Counted from the stretch's first letter, positions 8,783 through 18,725 are shown. The stretch is DNA of 64,000 nucleotides from Candidatus Undinarchaeota archaeon (GCA_964519305.1 CAZFHY010000016.1:1-64000), one strand, 5' to 3'. Numbers and translations: made by a program. The notes: a model not told the origin generated them from the sequence alone.

Positions 8783-9717
8783 GCTTTGAATATTTACAGG
8801 GAGAAGTCATCGGGGAAGGACAGTGCGTAGCGTGCGGCGCTTGTGCAGGTGCCTGCCCCAAGGGTATGCTTGAAATGGGAGCTGACGCCCCACGCCTCGT
8901 CGAGGAGTGCATCGAGTGCGGTCTGTGCTACAAGGCCTGTCCGCGGGTCACTCCGTGGACTTGGTCCGGTGATGAACCGCTGGGTACCGTTCTGGCGGCC
9001 TATGCGGCCCGTACGACGGACCTCAAGGTCCGTGCACAGGCACAGGACGGGGGTGTGGCCAGTGCCCTGGCATCCCTTGCTCTGGAACGCGGAGCGGGAG
9101 TGCTGGCCATCGACCGGGACGGCTGGCGCGCGATCCCTCGCAGGTTCACCGATAGGATACCTCCCGGCGGCTCGGTGTTCTGTCATGTACCATTGCTCCA
9201 CATTCTCGCCGATACAAAGGATGCGACATGGATCATCGGGCTCCCGTGCCACACCAGGGGCGCTCGTTCGCTCGCAGAGATACCTGCGACCCGTCGTCGG
9301 ATAGGCCTCGTCATCGGTCTGTTCTGCTCCAAGACGTTCGATCATGACGGAATGTGGGCGCTATTGGAGGGGCAGGGTGCCGAACAGGATACGGCCGAAC
9401 ACATGGCGATCCAGCGTGGACGCATGGTGGTGGACGGGAAGCGCACCGTTGATATCCACGTCAAAGAGCTCGCGCCCGTTGCCCGTGGATGCTCGAAGAT
9501 CTGTGATGATTTCGGTGCGCGGGACGCGGACATCGCGCTCGGCGGTGTCGACTCACCGGACGGTTGGACGACCGTACTGGTGCGGACCGAGGCCGGAAAA
9601 GAGGCGTTCGACGCTCTTGTATCATCTGGCGCAGTCGATGCTGTGCCGATCACCGACCTGCCCATAGCAACGAAGCTGACAACGCTCAAGGCTCGGAAAG
9701 CAGCCCCTGAGCAGTAG
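8779..9717 (+). CDS. coenzyme F420 hydrogenase/dehydrogenase beta-subunit family (FrhB/FpoF-like) with 2x[4Fe-4S] N-terminal domain
   Basis: CVACGACAGACP and CIECGLCYKACP; AQDGGVAS, GLPC, IGLFC, C..CDDF..ADIALG; ATGA overlap with thiL. Confidence 0.9.
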   Translation: MSFEYLQGEVIGEGQCVACGACAGACPKGMLEMGADAPRLVEECIECGLCYKACPRVTPWTWSGDEPLGTVLAAYAARTTDLKVRAQAQDGGVASALASLALERGAGVLAIDRDGWRAIPRRFTDRIPPGGSVFCHVPLLHILADTKDATWIIGLPCHTRGARSLAEIPATRRRIGLVIGLFCSKTFDHDGMWALLEGQGAEQDTAEHMAIQRGRMVVDGKRTVDIHVKELAPVARGCSKICDDFGARDADIALGGVDSPDGWTTVLVRTEAGKEAFDALVSSGAVDAVPITDLPIATKLTTLKARKAAPEQ

Positions 9718-9766
9718 TCCTCGGACTCTGTAGGTTGGCCTGCAAGCGGAGGGATCCTGCCTGGGA

Positions 9767-10153
9767 TCAGGCGCCAGGAAGACGGAACTCCGGTATCTTG
9801 CGGGTCTCCGGCTCAGCCTCGTCCTCGGGCTCATCGTCCTTGATGGATACACGTCCGAACACTATGTCGAGGTCGATGGTGAACTTCGGAGTTTCGTAGA
9901 TGTCCTCCCTGAAATAGTACAGGATGGAGTCCACGTCCTCGATGGCGAACCGTCCGTTGACGATCCCGAGGCTCCGGTCAGCCTTCATTCCCACGGAGGG
10001 GAGCTTGCCGCCCTCGACGCCCTTGACGCAGCGGCCACATACCAGAAGGAGATTGGTAGATCCGTCCTCATTGAAGACGAGCACCTCCTTACTGGGAAAT
10101 CTCTTACATACTGAACACTTACGTTCCAAAGAAACCGGGGGTGCCCACGTCAT
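9767..10153 (-). CDS. hypothetical protein with CxxC..CxxC zinc finger
   Basis: CSVC and CGRC motifs; directly downstream of the DUF4443 gene. Confidence 0.6.
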   Translation of the reverse strand: MTWAPPVSLERKCSVCKRFPSKEVLVFNEDGSTNLLLVCGRCVKGVEGGKLPSVGMKADRSLGIVNGRFAIEDVDSILYYFREDIYETPKFTIDLDIVFGRVSIKDDEPEDEAEPETRKIPEFRLPGA

Positions 10154-10159
10154 CGGCCT

Positions 10160-10744
10160 TTATATACGTTTCCCTTGTCGTGGCCGGGGAACGAGGTCGG
10201 CGGGCGCTAAGGTGAGCGCGGCAGCAACGCACGCACGCTTTGCCGCCCATCCGTGAGCGGCCGTTCCGACGATGATGACATCATCTTCCCGTGCAGGCAG
10301 CAGTTCCAGTAGACGTGCTGCTACGGACGACGGGACCGTGCCGGGGAACGGGAGTTCAAGACCTGAGCCCGACATAACGAGCGTGGTGGCACCCATCCCT
10401 CCCGCGACAAGAGCTGCATCACGCTGCTCGATCCCCTTATCGACACGGACAGCGGCGCCACGAACGAGGATGGCCGCATCGCGAGGGCCGACGGTCAACT
10501 CACCGGCGTTCAGCCCCACAGGACCGACCAGTCCAAGGGCGTCCACTGTCGACATACCTTCCGGAGTGAGCATGTGACCCTTCCGCGAGCTCGTGACTAG
10601 GCCACGCTCCTTGAGCATCGCCAGGAAGGAGCGGACCCGGGAATCGGTCTCGCCCAGACGTCGTCCCAGCAGCCCTCGTGAACAGCTCCCTCCCGCGAGA
10701 GAGAGGAGCAGGTGGAGGAGACGGGCCTGATTACTCACTACCAT
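10160..10744 (-). CDS. winged-helix protein with DUF4443-like C-terminal domain
   Basis: SRGLLGRRLGETDSRVRSFL..GLV..SRKGHMLT (wHTH) followed by GIEQRDAALVAGGMGATTL. Start moved to ATG at 10744. Confidence 0.8.
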   Translation of the reverse strand: MVVSNQARLLHLLLSLAGGSCSRGLLGRRLGETDSRVRSFLAMLKERGLVTSSRKGHMLTPEGMSTVDALGLVGPVGLNAGELTVGPRDAAILVRGAAVRVDKGIEQRDAALVAGGMGATTLVMSGSGLELPFPGTVPSSVAARLLELLPAREDDVIIVGTAAHGWAAKRACVAAALTLAPADLVPRPRQGKRI

Positions 10745-12014
10745 CAGTATCCTCCCCGAGCAGACCGGCCACGGTGTCCAGGAGCGCCCCCCGTGATGCG
10801 ACGATTTTGGCCTGCTTGCGCACCCGGCCGTACGAGTCTCCGGCCTTGCCGCCGGTGAAGTCCCGTTCATCGATGGCCTCTGTTTCGACCAGCACGACTG
10901 GCACGCCTGACCTGTCGGCCTGTTCCACGGCCTCGAGGTTCCGGAGGTTCCCATGCCCGAAGGCCACAGCCTCGACGACCACTACGTCCGCTGACTTCAT
11001 CGAGCGCAGGTTGCGGGCAAGTGCCTCGTCGCCTACCGGGGAGAAAGGCTCCTCATCCACTGTCTCGATCTCGAGCGTACGGGCCACCTCCCAATCGGCA
11101 TCGCCACGGTTAACGACACCGCACGTGACCGTGAGACCGGCGTCCACAAGGTCGCGAAGGGTCGCCTCTGCGCACCCTCCACCGCAGACCACATGCACCC
11201 TTCCGGTCAGCTGCGGACGCTGACGATGAACGATAGGCGTTACCACCGGACGACCTGTAGCCGGGTCCGCTCGCACCTGGACACGGACGCCAAAGCTGTC
11301 GCGCAGGATATCCCGTGTGAGCACCTCATCAGGGGCACCCTCAGCAACGATACGACCCGCGTCCACCAGAGCGAGACGTGTGCAGTACTGCGAAGCGATG
11401 TTGATATCATGGAGCACCGTGACCACGGTGATCCCACCATCACGGTTGAGGCAGGATAGCAGTTCGAACAACGCCATTCGCTGACGGAGGTCCAGATGGA
11501 CCGTGGGCTCGTCGAGCACGAGCACATCAGGTTCTTGGGCGAGCCCCTGGGCGAGGAATGTGCGCTGGCGCTCCCCCGCACTGAGATTGGAGATGGGTCG
11601 CGAGGCGAGGTGGAGCGTGTCCGTAGAGACCATTGCGCGACGGGCGGTGGCCGCGTCATGTTCATCGTTCCCGCCGAGAAGTGAAGTGTAGGGTGTGCGT
11701 CCCATGAGCACGAGCTCCTCCACGGTGAAAGCGAAGGGGACGTTGGGATTTTCCGGCACCACGGCCATGTGACGGGCGCGGTCCCTGGCGTCGTAGGCCG
11801 ACACAGGGCGACCGAGCAGCTGGACCTTCCCGGCCGTAGGCTCCAGCACACCAGTGAGTATGCGCAGGAGGGTCGACTTCCCTGCACCGTTGGGGCCGAT
11901 GATTCCAACGAACTCACCCTGTTCGATGGTCAGGTCGACGCCCTTGAGCACCCGCTCGTGGCCGTAGGACATAACGACATCCTTCGCCTTGAACGCCGGT
12001 GCTGTCATCATCAT
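10731..12014 (-). CDS. cobalamin/Fe-siderophore ABC transporter ATP-binding subunit (BtuD-like) with archaeal C-terminal extension
   Basis: GPNGAGKST, LSAGERQR, LDEPTVHLD, VLHDIN; C-terminal RVHVVCGGG domain. Confidence 0.92.
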   Translation of the reverse strand: MMMTAPAFKAKDVVMSYGHERVLKGVDLTIEQGEFVGIIGPNGAGKSTLLRILTGVLEPTAGKVQLLGRPVSAYDARDRARHMAVVPENPNVPFAFTVEELVLMGRTPYTSLLGGNDEHDAATARRAMVSTDTLHLASRPISNLSAGERQRTFLAQGLAQEPDVLVLDEPTVHLDLRQRMALFELLSCLNRDGGITVVTVLHDINIASQYCTRLALVDAGRIVAEGAPDEVLTRDILRDSFGVRVQVRADPATGRPVVTPIVHRQRPQLTGRVHVVCGGGCAEATLRDLVDAGLTVTCGVVNRGDADWEVARTLEIETVDEEPFSPVGDEALARNLRSMKSADVVVVEAVAFGHGNLRNLEAVEQADRSGVPVVLVETEAIDERDFTGGKAGDSYGRVRKQAKIVASRGALLDTVAGLLGEDTDGSE

Positions 12015-13033
12015 ATCCTCCTTGACCGGACGAGGAGATAGAGGAAGAAGGGGCCGCCAACGAATCCGGTGATTGTCCCGACCGGGATCTGCTCGGGCGA
12101 GATGGCTGTGCGGGCGACGAGGTCCGCGAGGACCAGGAATATACCCCCCAGAGCTGCTGAGTGGGGTAACAGGACCCGGTTGTCCGGGCCAGCGATCAGA
12201 CGCACCATATGCGGCACGACCAGTCCTACGAAACCGATGAGCCCGGTGACCGAGACGACCACCCCCGCCAGCAGGGAAGCGCAGACGAAGCACACGGTCT
12301 TGGTACGCGACACGTCACATCCGAGATGACGGGCGTGGTCCTCGCCAAGGAGGAGAAGGTTGAGGTCGCGGGCCATCGCCATGAGGACGAGCCCGCCGAA
12401 CACCGTTGCCAGGGTCACGAGAGGGATGAGACCTACCGTGGTGGCCGTTGGCTCGAGGCTCCCCATTAGCCAGAACACGACCTTGTGCATGTCACGGCCC
12501 ATGATGATGAGAAGGAGGGTCGTGCACGACGAGAGGAACGACGAAACCACCACACCTGCAAGGAGCATGGTCCGCACCGACACCTCACCACCCTCGAGGG
12601 CCAGTCGGTACACGACGTACACAGTGACCAGACCACCGATGAACCCGGCCGGTGGGACGAGGGCGCTCGTACCGAAAGCGAGCGCTAGTGAGGCCGCGAG
12701 CGATGCCCCCGAGGACACACCTATGATGAACGGATCGGCCAGTGGATTGCGCAGTAGGGTCTGGAACGCAACGCCGGCGAGAGAGAGCGCGGCCCCTGTT
12801 ACAAGGGCGAGCAAGACACGTGGGAGGCGCATGTCCCACACGATGGCATCGGTCGTCCTATCGACCTGAGGACCCAGTTGAGCATGAGCGCGGAGCACCG
12901 ACGCCACCTCACCCACACCGACATCGGCGGGGCCGGATGCGAGCGCTGCGATCACTACGATCGGCAGGGCCACGGCAAGAAGGGCCCCGAGCATGCGTCC
13001 GTGGCGAGGGACCGAAGTGTCATCCGTTACCAT
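12011..13033 (-). CDS. FecCD/BtuC family ABC transporter permease
   Basis: MRLPRVLLA, FQTLLRNPLADPFIIGVSSGA, IGFVGLVVPH, PVGTITGFVGGPFF. Confidence 0.95.
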   Translation of the reverse strand: MVTDDTSVPRHGRMLGALLAVALPIVVIAALASGPADVGVGEVASVLRAHAQLGPQVDRTTDAIVWDMRLPRVLLALVTGAALSLAGVAFQTLLRNPLADPFIIGVSSGASLAASLALAFGTSALVPPAGFIGGLVTVYVVYRLALEGGEVSVRTMLLAGVVVSSFLSSCTTLLLIIMGRDMHKVVFWLMGSLEPTATTVGLIPLVTLATVFGGLVLMAMARDLNLLLLGEDHARHLGCDVSRTKTVCFVCASLLAGVVVSVTGLIGFVGLVVPHMVRLIAGPDNRVLLPHSAALGGIFLVLADLVARTAISPEQIPVGTITGFVGGPFFLYLLVRSRRI

Positions 13034-13946
13034 GGAAGCGGTCCGCCACCTCCTCAAGAGCATCCACTATGCGGGGACCAGGACGTGAAATTGAATCGGG
13101 ATCGATGAGGAACACCCTTTCGTCCTTGACAGCAGGGATGGCGTTCCAACCGGGCCGTGCACGCAAGTGCTCGATTGTGCGGTTCGCATGGGTGAGGAGC
13201 ACGACCTGGGGCTTGGCCACGATGACCGCTTCAGTGTCCACATTGGGCCAGGGCATGGTGAGGTTCAGGGCAGGACGCCCGCCGGCCGAGATGACCACAT
13301 CATGAGTGAACGTGCCCGGTCCGGCGCTCATCAGCGGCTCGTCCCATACCTCGACGAACACCGTCGGCCAGGCCGACTCATCGAGGGTGGTAGCGCGCTC
13401 CCGCACAGCAGCGATGCGGCCGCGCATGTCGGCCACTATACGCTCGCCCTCATCGCCCGCTCCCGTGAGCAGGGCTATGGTCGTCATCTCGTCCATGACG
13501 CCGTCCAGCGAAGTGGCGTTCATGAGATGGACGTTGATACCAAGGGGTGTCAACCGTTCGGCCACAGCGGCCTGGTCCACTACGCCGAGCACTAACGTCG
13601 GCCTGAGCGAGACGATATGCTCAACGGAGGGATTGAGAGCGTCACCCACCTTCTCGACCTCAAGGGCAGCAGGGGGATAGTTGCAGTACGTTGTGACGCC
13701 GACCATCTTGTCCCCCCTTCCAAGGGCGAACACGATTTCCGTGGTACCGGGAGAAAGCGAGATGATGCGCAAGTCATCAGGTTCGTTCGTAGACTGAGCA
13801 GGTCCGTCCCCGGACGTACACCCCGTCAACAAGGCCACGGACAGCAGCAGCGCGATGATGATAGTTGGGATGTGCGCCGTGATGCGTGTTCCGGGGTAAT
13901 GATGCTTGATGGACCTGATTCCTTTCCCCATATCGGTTAACTCCAT
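13020..13946 (-). CDS. cobalamin-binding lipoprotein (BtuF-like substrate-binding protein); start uncertain
   Basis: Lipobox LLTGC, RIISLSPGTTEIVFALG, VGVTTYCNYP, SRPGPR. Confidence 0.9.
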   Translation of the reverse strand: MELTDMGKGIRSIKHHYPGTRITAHIPTIIIALLLSVALLTGCTSGDGPAQSTNEPDDLRIISLSPGTTEIVFALGRGDKMVGVTTYCNYPPAALEVEKVGDALNPSVEHIVSLRPTLVLGVVDQAAVAERLTPLGINVHLMNATSLDGVMDEMTTIALLTGAGDEGERIVADMRGRIAAVRERATTLDESAWPTVFVEVWDEPLMSAGPGTFTHDVVISAGGRPALNLTMPWPNVDTEAVIVAKPQVVLLTHANRTIEHLRARPGWNAIPAVKDERVFLIDPDSISRPGPRIVDALEEVADRFHGNG

Positions 13947-14010
13947 GAATATCCTGAGTTCTCAACCAGAACGCTTCGATATTAAAAGATTGTGTTGGCG
14001 ATTCTATCCA

Positions 14011-14700
14011 ATGCCTCTGCAACGCTGCGCGGCCTTTCCCTGCTTCTCGACTTGCCGGGGCGGCAGGCTCGTCCGCGATCCCGTGACCCGAAGGGCACAG
14101 TGGTCATGCGTAGGATGTAGTGGACCCGTGGTAGGCGCTGACCTGTCCGGCCCCCCATCGCGCTTCCACGCTGCCGCGCGACCGGTCGGACCACCATCAC
14201 GAACGTTTCGGTCCGATATCGAGGACACGGTGGAGCGTACGTCCGGGCTGCGGTTCATGGGCTGGTTGGACCCTGGTACGCGCCGGGCCATCATCGACAC
14301 GGAAGATGGATCGGATGTCAAGGGCGTGTTCAATGCCGGGGCCCGCGACGCCCTGCAACGGGAGATGTGCGCAGTGCTCGCCCACGACGAGAAGCTGCCG
14401 CCACCGACGCTGCCCACAGGTGTGGTGCTGTCGGGGACCGAGATGATTGGGGAGGAGGACCTGGGTGTGGTCGACCTGACACCGCTACGGCCCGGTTACG
14501 GGACATATCCCGGGATCGATGGACCGCACAAGGGCACATTATGGATCGTGCTGGTCCCCACTTCATTACCGACGCTCGCGGATGCGACGGTGGGCTCACC
14601 TTCGGTCGATGCACACCGACTGCTCGCCGAGCTCTACCCGATGGTGCGGCAGGGCGAATCGTCACTGCTGGTGGCGTTCGGACCAGAGCGTCCCTGCTGA
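14011..14700 (+). CDS. hypothetical protein with N-terminal cysteine-rich small domain (PF04071-like)
   Basis: C..FPC...CRGGRLV...QWSCVGC; ATG at 14011 follows ATTAAAAG; divergent from the btuF-like gene. Confidence 0.6.
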   Translation: MPLQRCAAFPCFSTCRGGRLVRDPVTRRAQWSCVGCSGPVVGADLSGPPSRFHAAARPVGPPSRTFRSDIEDTVERTSGLRFMGWLDPGTRRAIIDTEDGSDVKGVFNAGARDALQREMCAVLAHDEKLPPPTLPTGVVLSGTEMIGEEDLGVVDLTPLRPGYGTYPGIDGPHKGTLWIVLVPTSLPTLADATVGSPSVDAHRLLAELYPMVRQGESSLLVAFGPERPC

Positions 14701-16037
14701 ACCGCTTTCTTGTCGCGCTTGATATTTCCGAGGGAGAACGAGGTTGTGACGCCCTCGGTAGTGGTGATCTCGCCCCCCGGGCAGTTCGATACGTGCTCGA
14801 AGTCAAATGTGAACCGGTCACAGGCCTTCTCGAACCCTAGCACGAGCATGTGACGTGTGTGCCGATGCTGGGAATAGTGGAACCGCTGTTGGTAACCAAT
14901 GCGGTCGGACATGGTGACAAGGATGTCCCACATGACCTTCCTGGCTCCGGTAGATGTGAACCGGGGCAACAACCGGGCGATGAAGCCGGGCGGGTTTGTC
15001 TTCAGGTCCTCCGGATCGTACTCGAGCTCGTCGATGTCAACGAGATCGCTGATCGTATCATAACCACCATCCTCCCGGCGGTAGAGCAGGTAGTAGTGGT
15101 TGTAGAAGCAGTTACTGATGCCCAGGATATGGAAGAACGCGAACAGCATGCGCTGGAAGAAGAACACATCGCGCAGGTTGATACGTCCGTTGGTCTGGAG
15201 GTCCAATAGATCGACGAGGTCCTCCAGGGTGAAGCAGCTGTCCGGTCCCAGACCCGCCTTGCCCAGTACCGAGTAGGAACGGAAGGCGACTGCCTTGATG
15301 AAGTCGTTGCGCACGGCGTAGTCGAGGATGCGGTTGAGCTGGTCAGCGTTCACGTCCCGAGCGATAGTGGTCTCAAGGACCGTCGCGATGTCCAGTTCCT
15401 TGAGGTTCTCGAGCACCTTGACCTTGGTGTCCACGAGCCGCTGTTGGCGGAACTGGAGGTAGGCCGCCTCCTCGAACCCGTCGAACTGGAGGTGTACCTC
15501 CTCGAGCCCCGCTTCCTTCATCGACCGGAGGTAGTCGATATCGGCGAGCTTCAGACCGTTGGTGAAGAGGAGCGGGATGTTGCCGCTCTTGCGGACGATA
15601 CGGATGATCTCGGGGAGGTCGTCGCGTACCGTGGGCTCGCCTCCGAAGAGATTGATCTGGACACCACGCATCCCCTCCAACGATTTCTCGATGAACTCAA
15701 GGTCGGGCTCCTTGTAATCCCGGTTCGCATCGGTGAAGCAGATGGGGCAGTTCATGTTGCAGCGCATGTTGAGGAACAAGGTGTAGACCGCCTGCTCCTT
15801 TGCGTCCGGCGGCTCGTTCCTGGCCACCAGGGCGTCATAGTAGGAGCGCAGCCCGATGAAGTACCATGCGTATCGTGAAATGGGGACAGAGAACGTACCG
15901 TGGTCGGGGCAGGTCTTCTCCATGAAGATCATACTGTCCTGCTCCACCATCTTGGAGGGTATGCGCATGAAACAGCGCGGACATACGCTCTCACCCTCGC
16001 GCACAACGGGCCTCAGGTCCTTCTCAGCCATAATCAA
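14634..16037 (-). CDS. radical SAM protein, Tes/GDGT-MAS (MJ0619)-like family, paralogue 1
   Basis: N-terminal SVCPRC...KTCPDHG metal site, MRCNMNCPICFTDA, GGEPTVRDDL, HLQFDG, C-terminal CDRFTFD..NC. Confidence 0.88.
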   Translation of the reverse strand: MIMAEKDLRPVVREGESVCPRCFMRIPSKMVEQDSMIFMEKTCPDHGTFSVPISRYAWYFIGLRSYYDALVARNEPPDAKEQAVYTLFLNMRCNMNCPICFTDANRDYKEPDLEFIEKSLEGMRGVQINLFGGEPTVRDDLPEIIRIVRKSGNIPLLFTNGLKLADIDYLRSMKEAGLEEVHLQFDGFEEAAYLQFRQQRLVDTKVKVLENLKELDIATVLETTIARDVNADQLNRILDYAVRNDFIKAVAFRSYSVLGKAGLGPDSCFTLEDLVDLLDLQTNGRINLRDVFFFQRMLFAFFHILGISNCFYNHYYLLYRREDGGYDTISDLVDIDELEYDPEDLKTNPPGFIARLLPRFTSTGARKVMWDILVTMSDRIGYQQRFHYSQHRHTRHMLVLGFEKACDRFTFDFEHVSNCPGGEITTTEGVTTSFSLGNIKRDKKAVQQGRSGPNATSSDDSPCRTIG

Positions 16038-17029
16038 TTACCTCCTTGACGCGGAGCAGCCAGGAGCGTCGCAGCGTCGGTCACGGCCTCTCCTGGTACG
16101 GGGCGGAACTCATCGAATCCGAAGAGATCGACGTACCCGGCCCAGGGGCCCTCGCACACGGCGTCGTACCTGCAACTGCGGCAGCTGGGCTCCTTATGCT
16201 TGTTCCTCTCGCGACGGGCCTGGTTCTGGTCGAGCCCGTCGATGCCCGGCTCGCGCAGCTCCCATTCAGGGGCCATGGCAAGCTCGATGACGTGTGACTC
16301 GTACCCTTGCATGTGACAGAGAGGGATGGCCTCCACGTTCAGGAGTATGTCGGCCTCCTCGGCGACGTCGAGCGCGGCATGTACGAGGGGCGAGGTGGTA
16401 CCCATCCGGGGCACGATGTCCCGCCAGTTGGCAAGGGCGTTGCCTGCGGGATGAACGAAGATGAGCTCACCGAAGTATCGGTGGAACCGCTCCTGCTGCT
16501 TGACAAGGAAGCGAGCGGTATCAGGGATGTCGCCTACTGCCGGCTTGGTGATGCATGTGATCGTGCACACCGTGAGGGGATGCTCGGCGACGTTGTCGAA
16601 GGCCTGCATGAGGTGCTTCCAGCCACCAGGGCTCCGTGTCAGGTGCTCGTATAGCTTCGGACGGTGGGACGGTAGCGACATGGAGACGGTGGTCAGGCCT
16701 GCGCGCACGAGGTCGCGCAAGTAGTCAGGGTACGAGAGCATGCGGCCGTTGGAGATGAGGATGATGTCCCGGAAACCGAGGTCGCCCGCATGGGCCATGA
16801 GCTCGACGAGGTCCTTTCGGATCGTCGGCTCACCCCCAGTGAACACCAGGGTCGTGACACCTCCTTCCCGCGCGGCATCGATAGAGGCCTTGACGTCAGC
16901 AGTGCCCATGTCACGGGTCCGTCGTTTCTCATCCCCCACGACACAGAACCGACAGTTGTTATTGCAGGCGAAACCCATGCGCAGGTCCATCCGCCTACGC
17001 GGTCTTGTCACCTTCCGTTCCTCGCTCAC
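16034..17029 (-). CDS. radical SAM protein, HxsC4-like
   Basis: RMDLRMGFACNNNCRFC, FTGGEPTIRKD, EAIPLC, C-terminal CRSCRYDAVCEGPWAGYVDLFGFDEFRPV; GTG start 4 nt after the upstream stop. Confidence 0.85.
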   Translation of the reverse strand: MSEERKVTRPRRRMDLRMGFACNNNCRFCVVGDEKRRTRDMGTADVKASIDAAREGGVTTLVFTGGEPTIRKDLVELMAHAGDLGFRDIILISNGRMLSYPDYLRDLVRAGLTTVSMSLPSHRPKLYEHLTRSPGGWKHLMQAFDNVAEHPLTVCTITCITKPAVGDIPDTARFLVKQQERFHRYFGELIFVHPAGNALANWRDIVPRMGTTSPLVHAALDVAEEADILLNVEAIPLCHMQGYESHVIELAMAPEWELREPGIDGLDQNQARRERNKHKEPSCRSCRYDAVCEGPWAGYVDLFGFDEFRPVPGEAVTDAATLLAAPRQGGN

Positions 17030-17033
17030 GCCG

Positions 17034-18725
17034 TTACGCCTCTTCCCCACCTTTCGGAGCTTTCTTCTTCCCTACGTCTGTCTTGACCGTCTTCTTCTTT
17101 TTCTTCTTCTTGGGCTTGGCCTTCTCGTCCGATCCGTCCTTTTCTTTCTTCTTTTTCTTCTTCTTCTTTTTCGAACGGGGCTTCTTCTCCTCTGTCATGA
17201 TGTCCCGGGCGATGAACGCGAGCAGGCCGATGATGACAAGGAGATATACGATGTACAGGTAGTCGGTCTCCGTGACAGGGACGTCCTTGGGGATGTCGAA
17301 TCCTTGTTGGAGGAGGATGTCGGAGGGCTCCTTGCCCATTGTGCGATTGGCCTCGGCCACCGATGTGACGGTGACGCCGACCCGCATGACGGAGGGATTG
17401 CCGATCGCAGCGAGCGGGATGCGTGCCTCGAACACATTGTCCTTGTAGGTCACTTCCGAGTCCATGGAATCTATGCGCGTGAGAGTGGGCTCCTCCTTGA
17501 ACAGGCTCTTGGACCCGCTCGGGTAGAAGTTCGTTGAGTAGTCGGGCTTGTTGTCCATGTCGAGGTCTATGAGGAACTCGTAAAGGTCACCCGGGTTCAC
17601 GCGGGACGTGTAGTGGTCCACGCGCAGGTAGAGATAGGTCGTGTCGTTGACGACGTAGAGGCTCTTGAGGTCTGCACCCTCGGTGTTCTCGTTCCGGGGA
17701 TCGACCGCGAGCGGTGCGATGTCGGTCCAGTCATGGCCACCCCATCGCGAGGCCGCACCGGGCGGCCAGGTGCGCTCGTAGAACGGCATCTCGTCAAGGA
17801 GGAGCGGACCGAGGTCGGTCGTGCCCCACAGCCCGATGCCGATGAGCATGTTCTTCGGATTACCGATCGCTGCGAGCGGGATGCGTGTCTGGTACCCCGT
17901 CTGTGTGGTCGCCAGCTCGAGGGTTCCTGGTGGTAACTGGATGAACTCGGGCTCGTGCTTGAACAGATAGAGCGGCCCTCTGGTATGGAGGTTCGTGGAG
18001 AAATCGATCTCGTCGTCGAAATCAGTGTCCATCAGGAACTCGATGACCACTTCGTCCACGGGAGCGATCCCGTCGATGTCGAGGCGGAGGTAGATGTGCT
18101 CGGTATCGTTCGTCACGTAGAGCGCTCGAAGATCGGACGTGCCCGAGGAGTCGCCCGCCGGATCGAGGTCGCCGAGCCGCTCAACATCCGACCAGTCATG
18201 ACCGCCCCACTGTTCGATAGCTCCAGGAGGGAAGACGTGCCAGGCGGGAGAAAGGTCGTCGACCACCTCTGTATCGTTACTGATGAGCGTCCGGGACCAG
18301 AACGAGAGAGCGACGTTCATCCGTGTGGGCTCGTCCAATAGCACCAGTGGGATTGCGATGTCGATGTTCCGTCCTTGTCGTGAGATAGAAGCGTTACCGG
18401 TGGGGAGACGCTGGAGCTGCTCACCGTATCGATAGAGGAAGAGCCTTTCGTTGAGATAGAAGTTGGTGGAGAAGTCCGGCTGCCAGTCGAGGTCGGTATC
18501 GAGACGATATTCCAACATATCGTCATCCTTGAACTTGGCATCGCCCATCTCGGCCCGGATGTGTAGATAGGTGTCGTCCAGCTGGACGTACACGGCCTGG
18601 AGGTCCGCGAGCTCCTCAAGCTGGTCGCTGGCCGGATCTGTTACCAAGGGCAGAACACCAGTCCAGTCAACCGCCGTCACCGGGATTAACAGAAGCATCA
18701 TTATAACAATTGTTTCGCGCTTCAT
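17034..18725 (-). CDS. membrane-anchored surface protein with three ~150-aa DOMON/CBM9-like repeats and poly-Lys cytoplasmic tail
   Basis: Signal peptide MKRETIVIMMLLLIPVTA; three copies of DW..V..L..DP....DL..[LV]YV..D..[YH][LI][YH][LI]R...D.D.D...D[FY]STN...IPL; C-terminal TM then KKKKKKKKK. Confidence 0.85.
   Translation of the reverse strand: MKRETIVIMMLLLIPVTAVDWTGVLPLVTDPASDQLEELADLQAVYVQLDDTYLHIRAEMGDAKFKDDDMLEYRLDTDLDWQPDFSTNFYLNERLFLYRYGEQLQRLPTGNASISRQGRNIDIAIPLVLLDEPTRMNVALSFWSRTLISNDTEVVDDLSPAWHVFPPGAIEQWGGHDWSDVERLGDLDPAGDSSGTSDLRALYVTNDTEHIYLRLDIDGIAPVDEVVIEFLMDTDFDDEIDFSTNLHTRGPLYLFKHEPEFIQLPPGTLELATTQTGYQTRIPLAAIGNPKNMLIGIGLWGTTDLGPLLLDEMPFYERTWPPGAASRWGGHDWTDIAPLAVDPRNENTEGADLKSLYVVNDTTYLYLRVDHYTSRVNPGDLYEFLIDLDMDNKPDYSTNFYPSGSKSLFKEEPTLTRIDSMDSEVTYKDNVFEARIPLAAIGNPSVMRVGVTVTSVAEANRTMGKEPSDILLQQGFDIPKDVPVTETDYLYIVYLLVIIGLLAFIARDIMTEEKKPRSKKKKKKKKKEKDGSDEKAKPKKKKKKKTVKTDVGKKKAPKGGEEA

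Noticed and set aside
13947-14010. Cobalamin riboswitch upstream of the btuF-like gene
   Set aside because: The intergenic space is only about 64 nt and has no B12-box-like motif.
14634-16037. Assigning the symbol tes (or moaA) to the two Tes-like genes
   Set aside because: C-terminal motifs differ from canonical Tes and the MoaA C-terminal motifs are absent; family-level call only.
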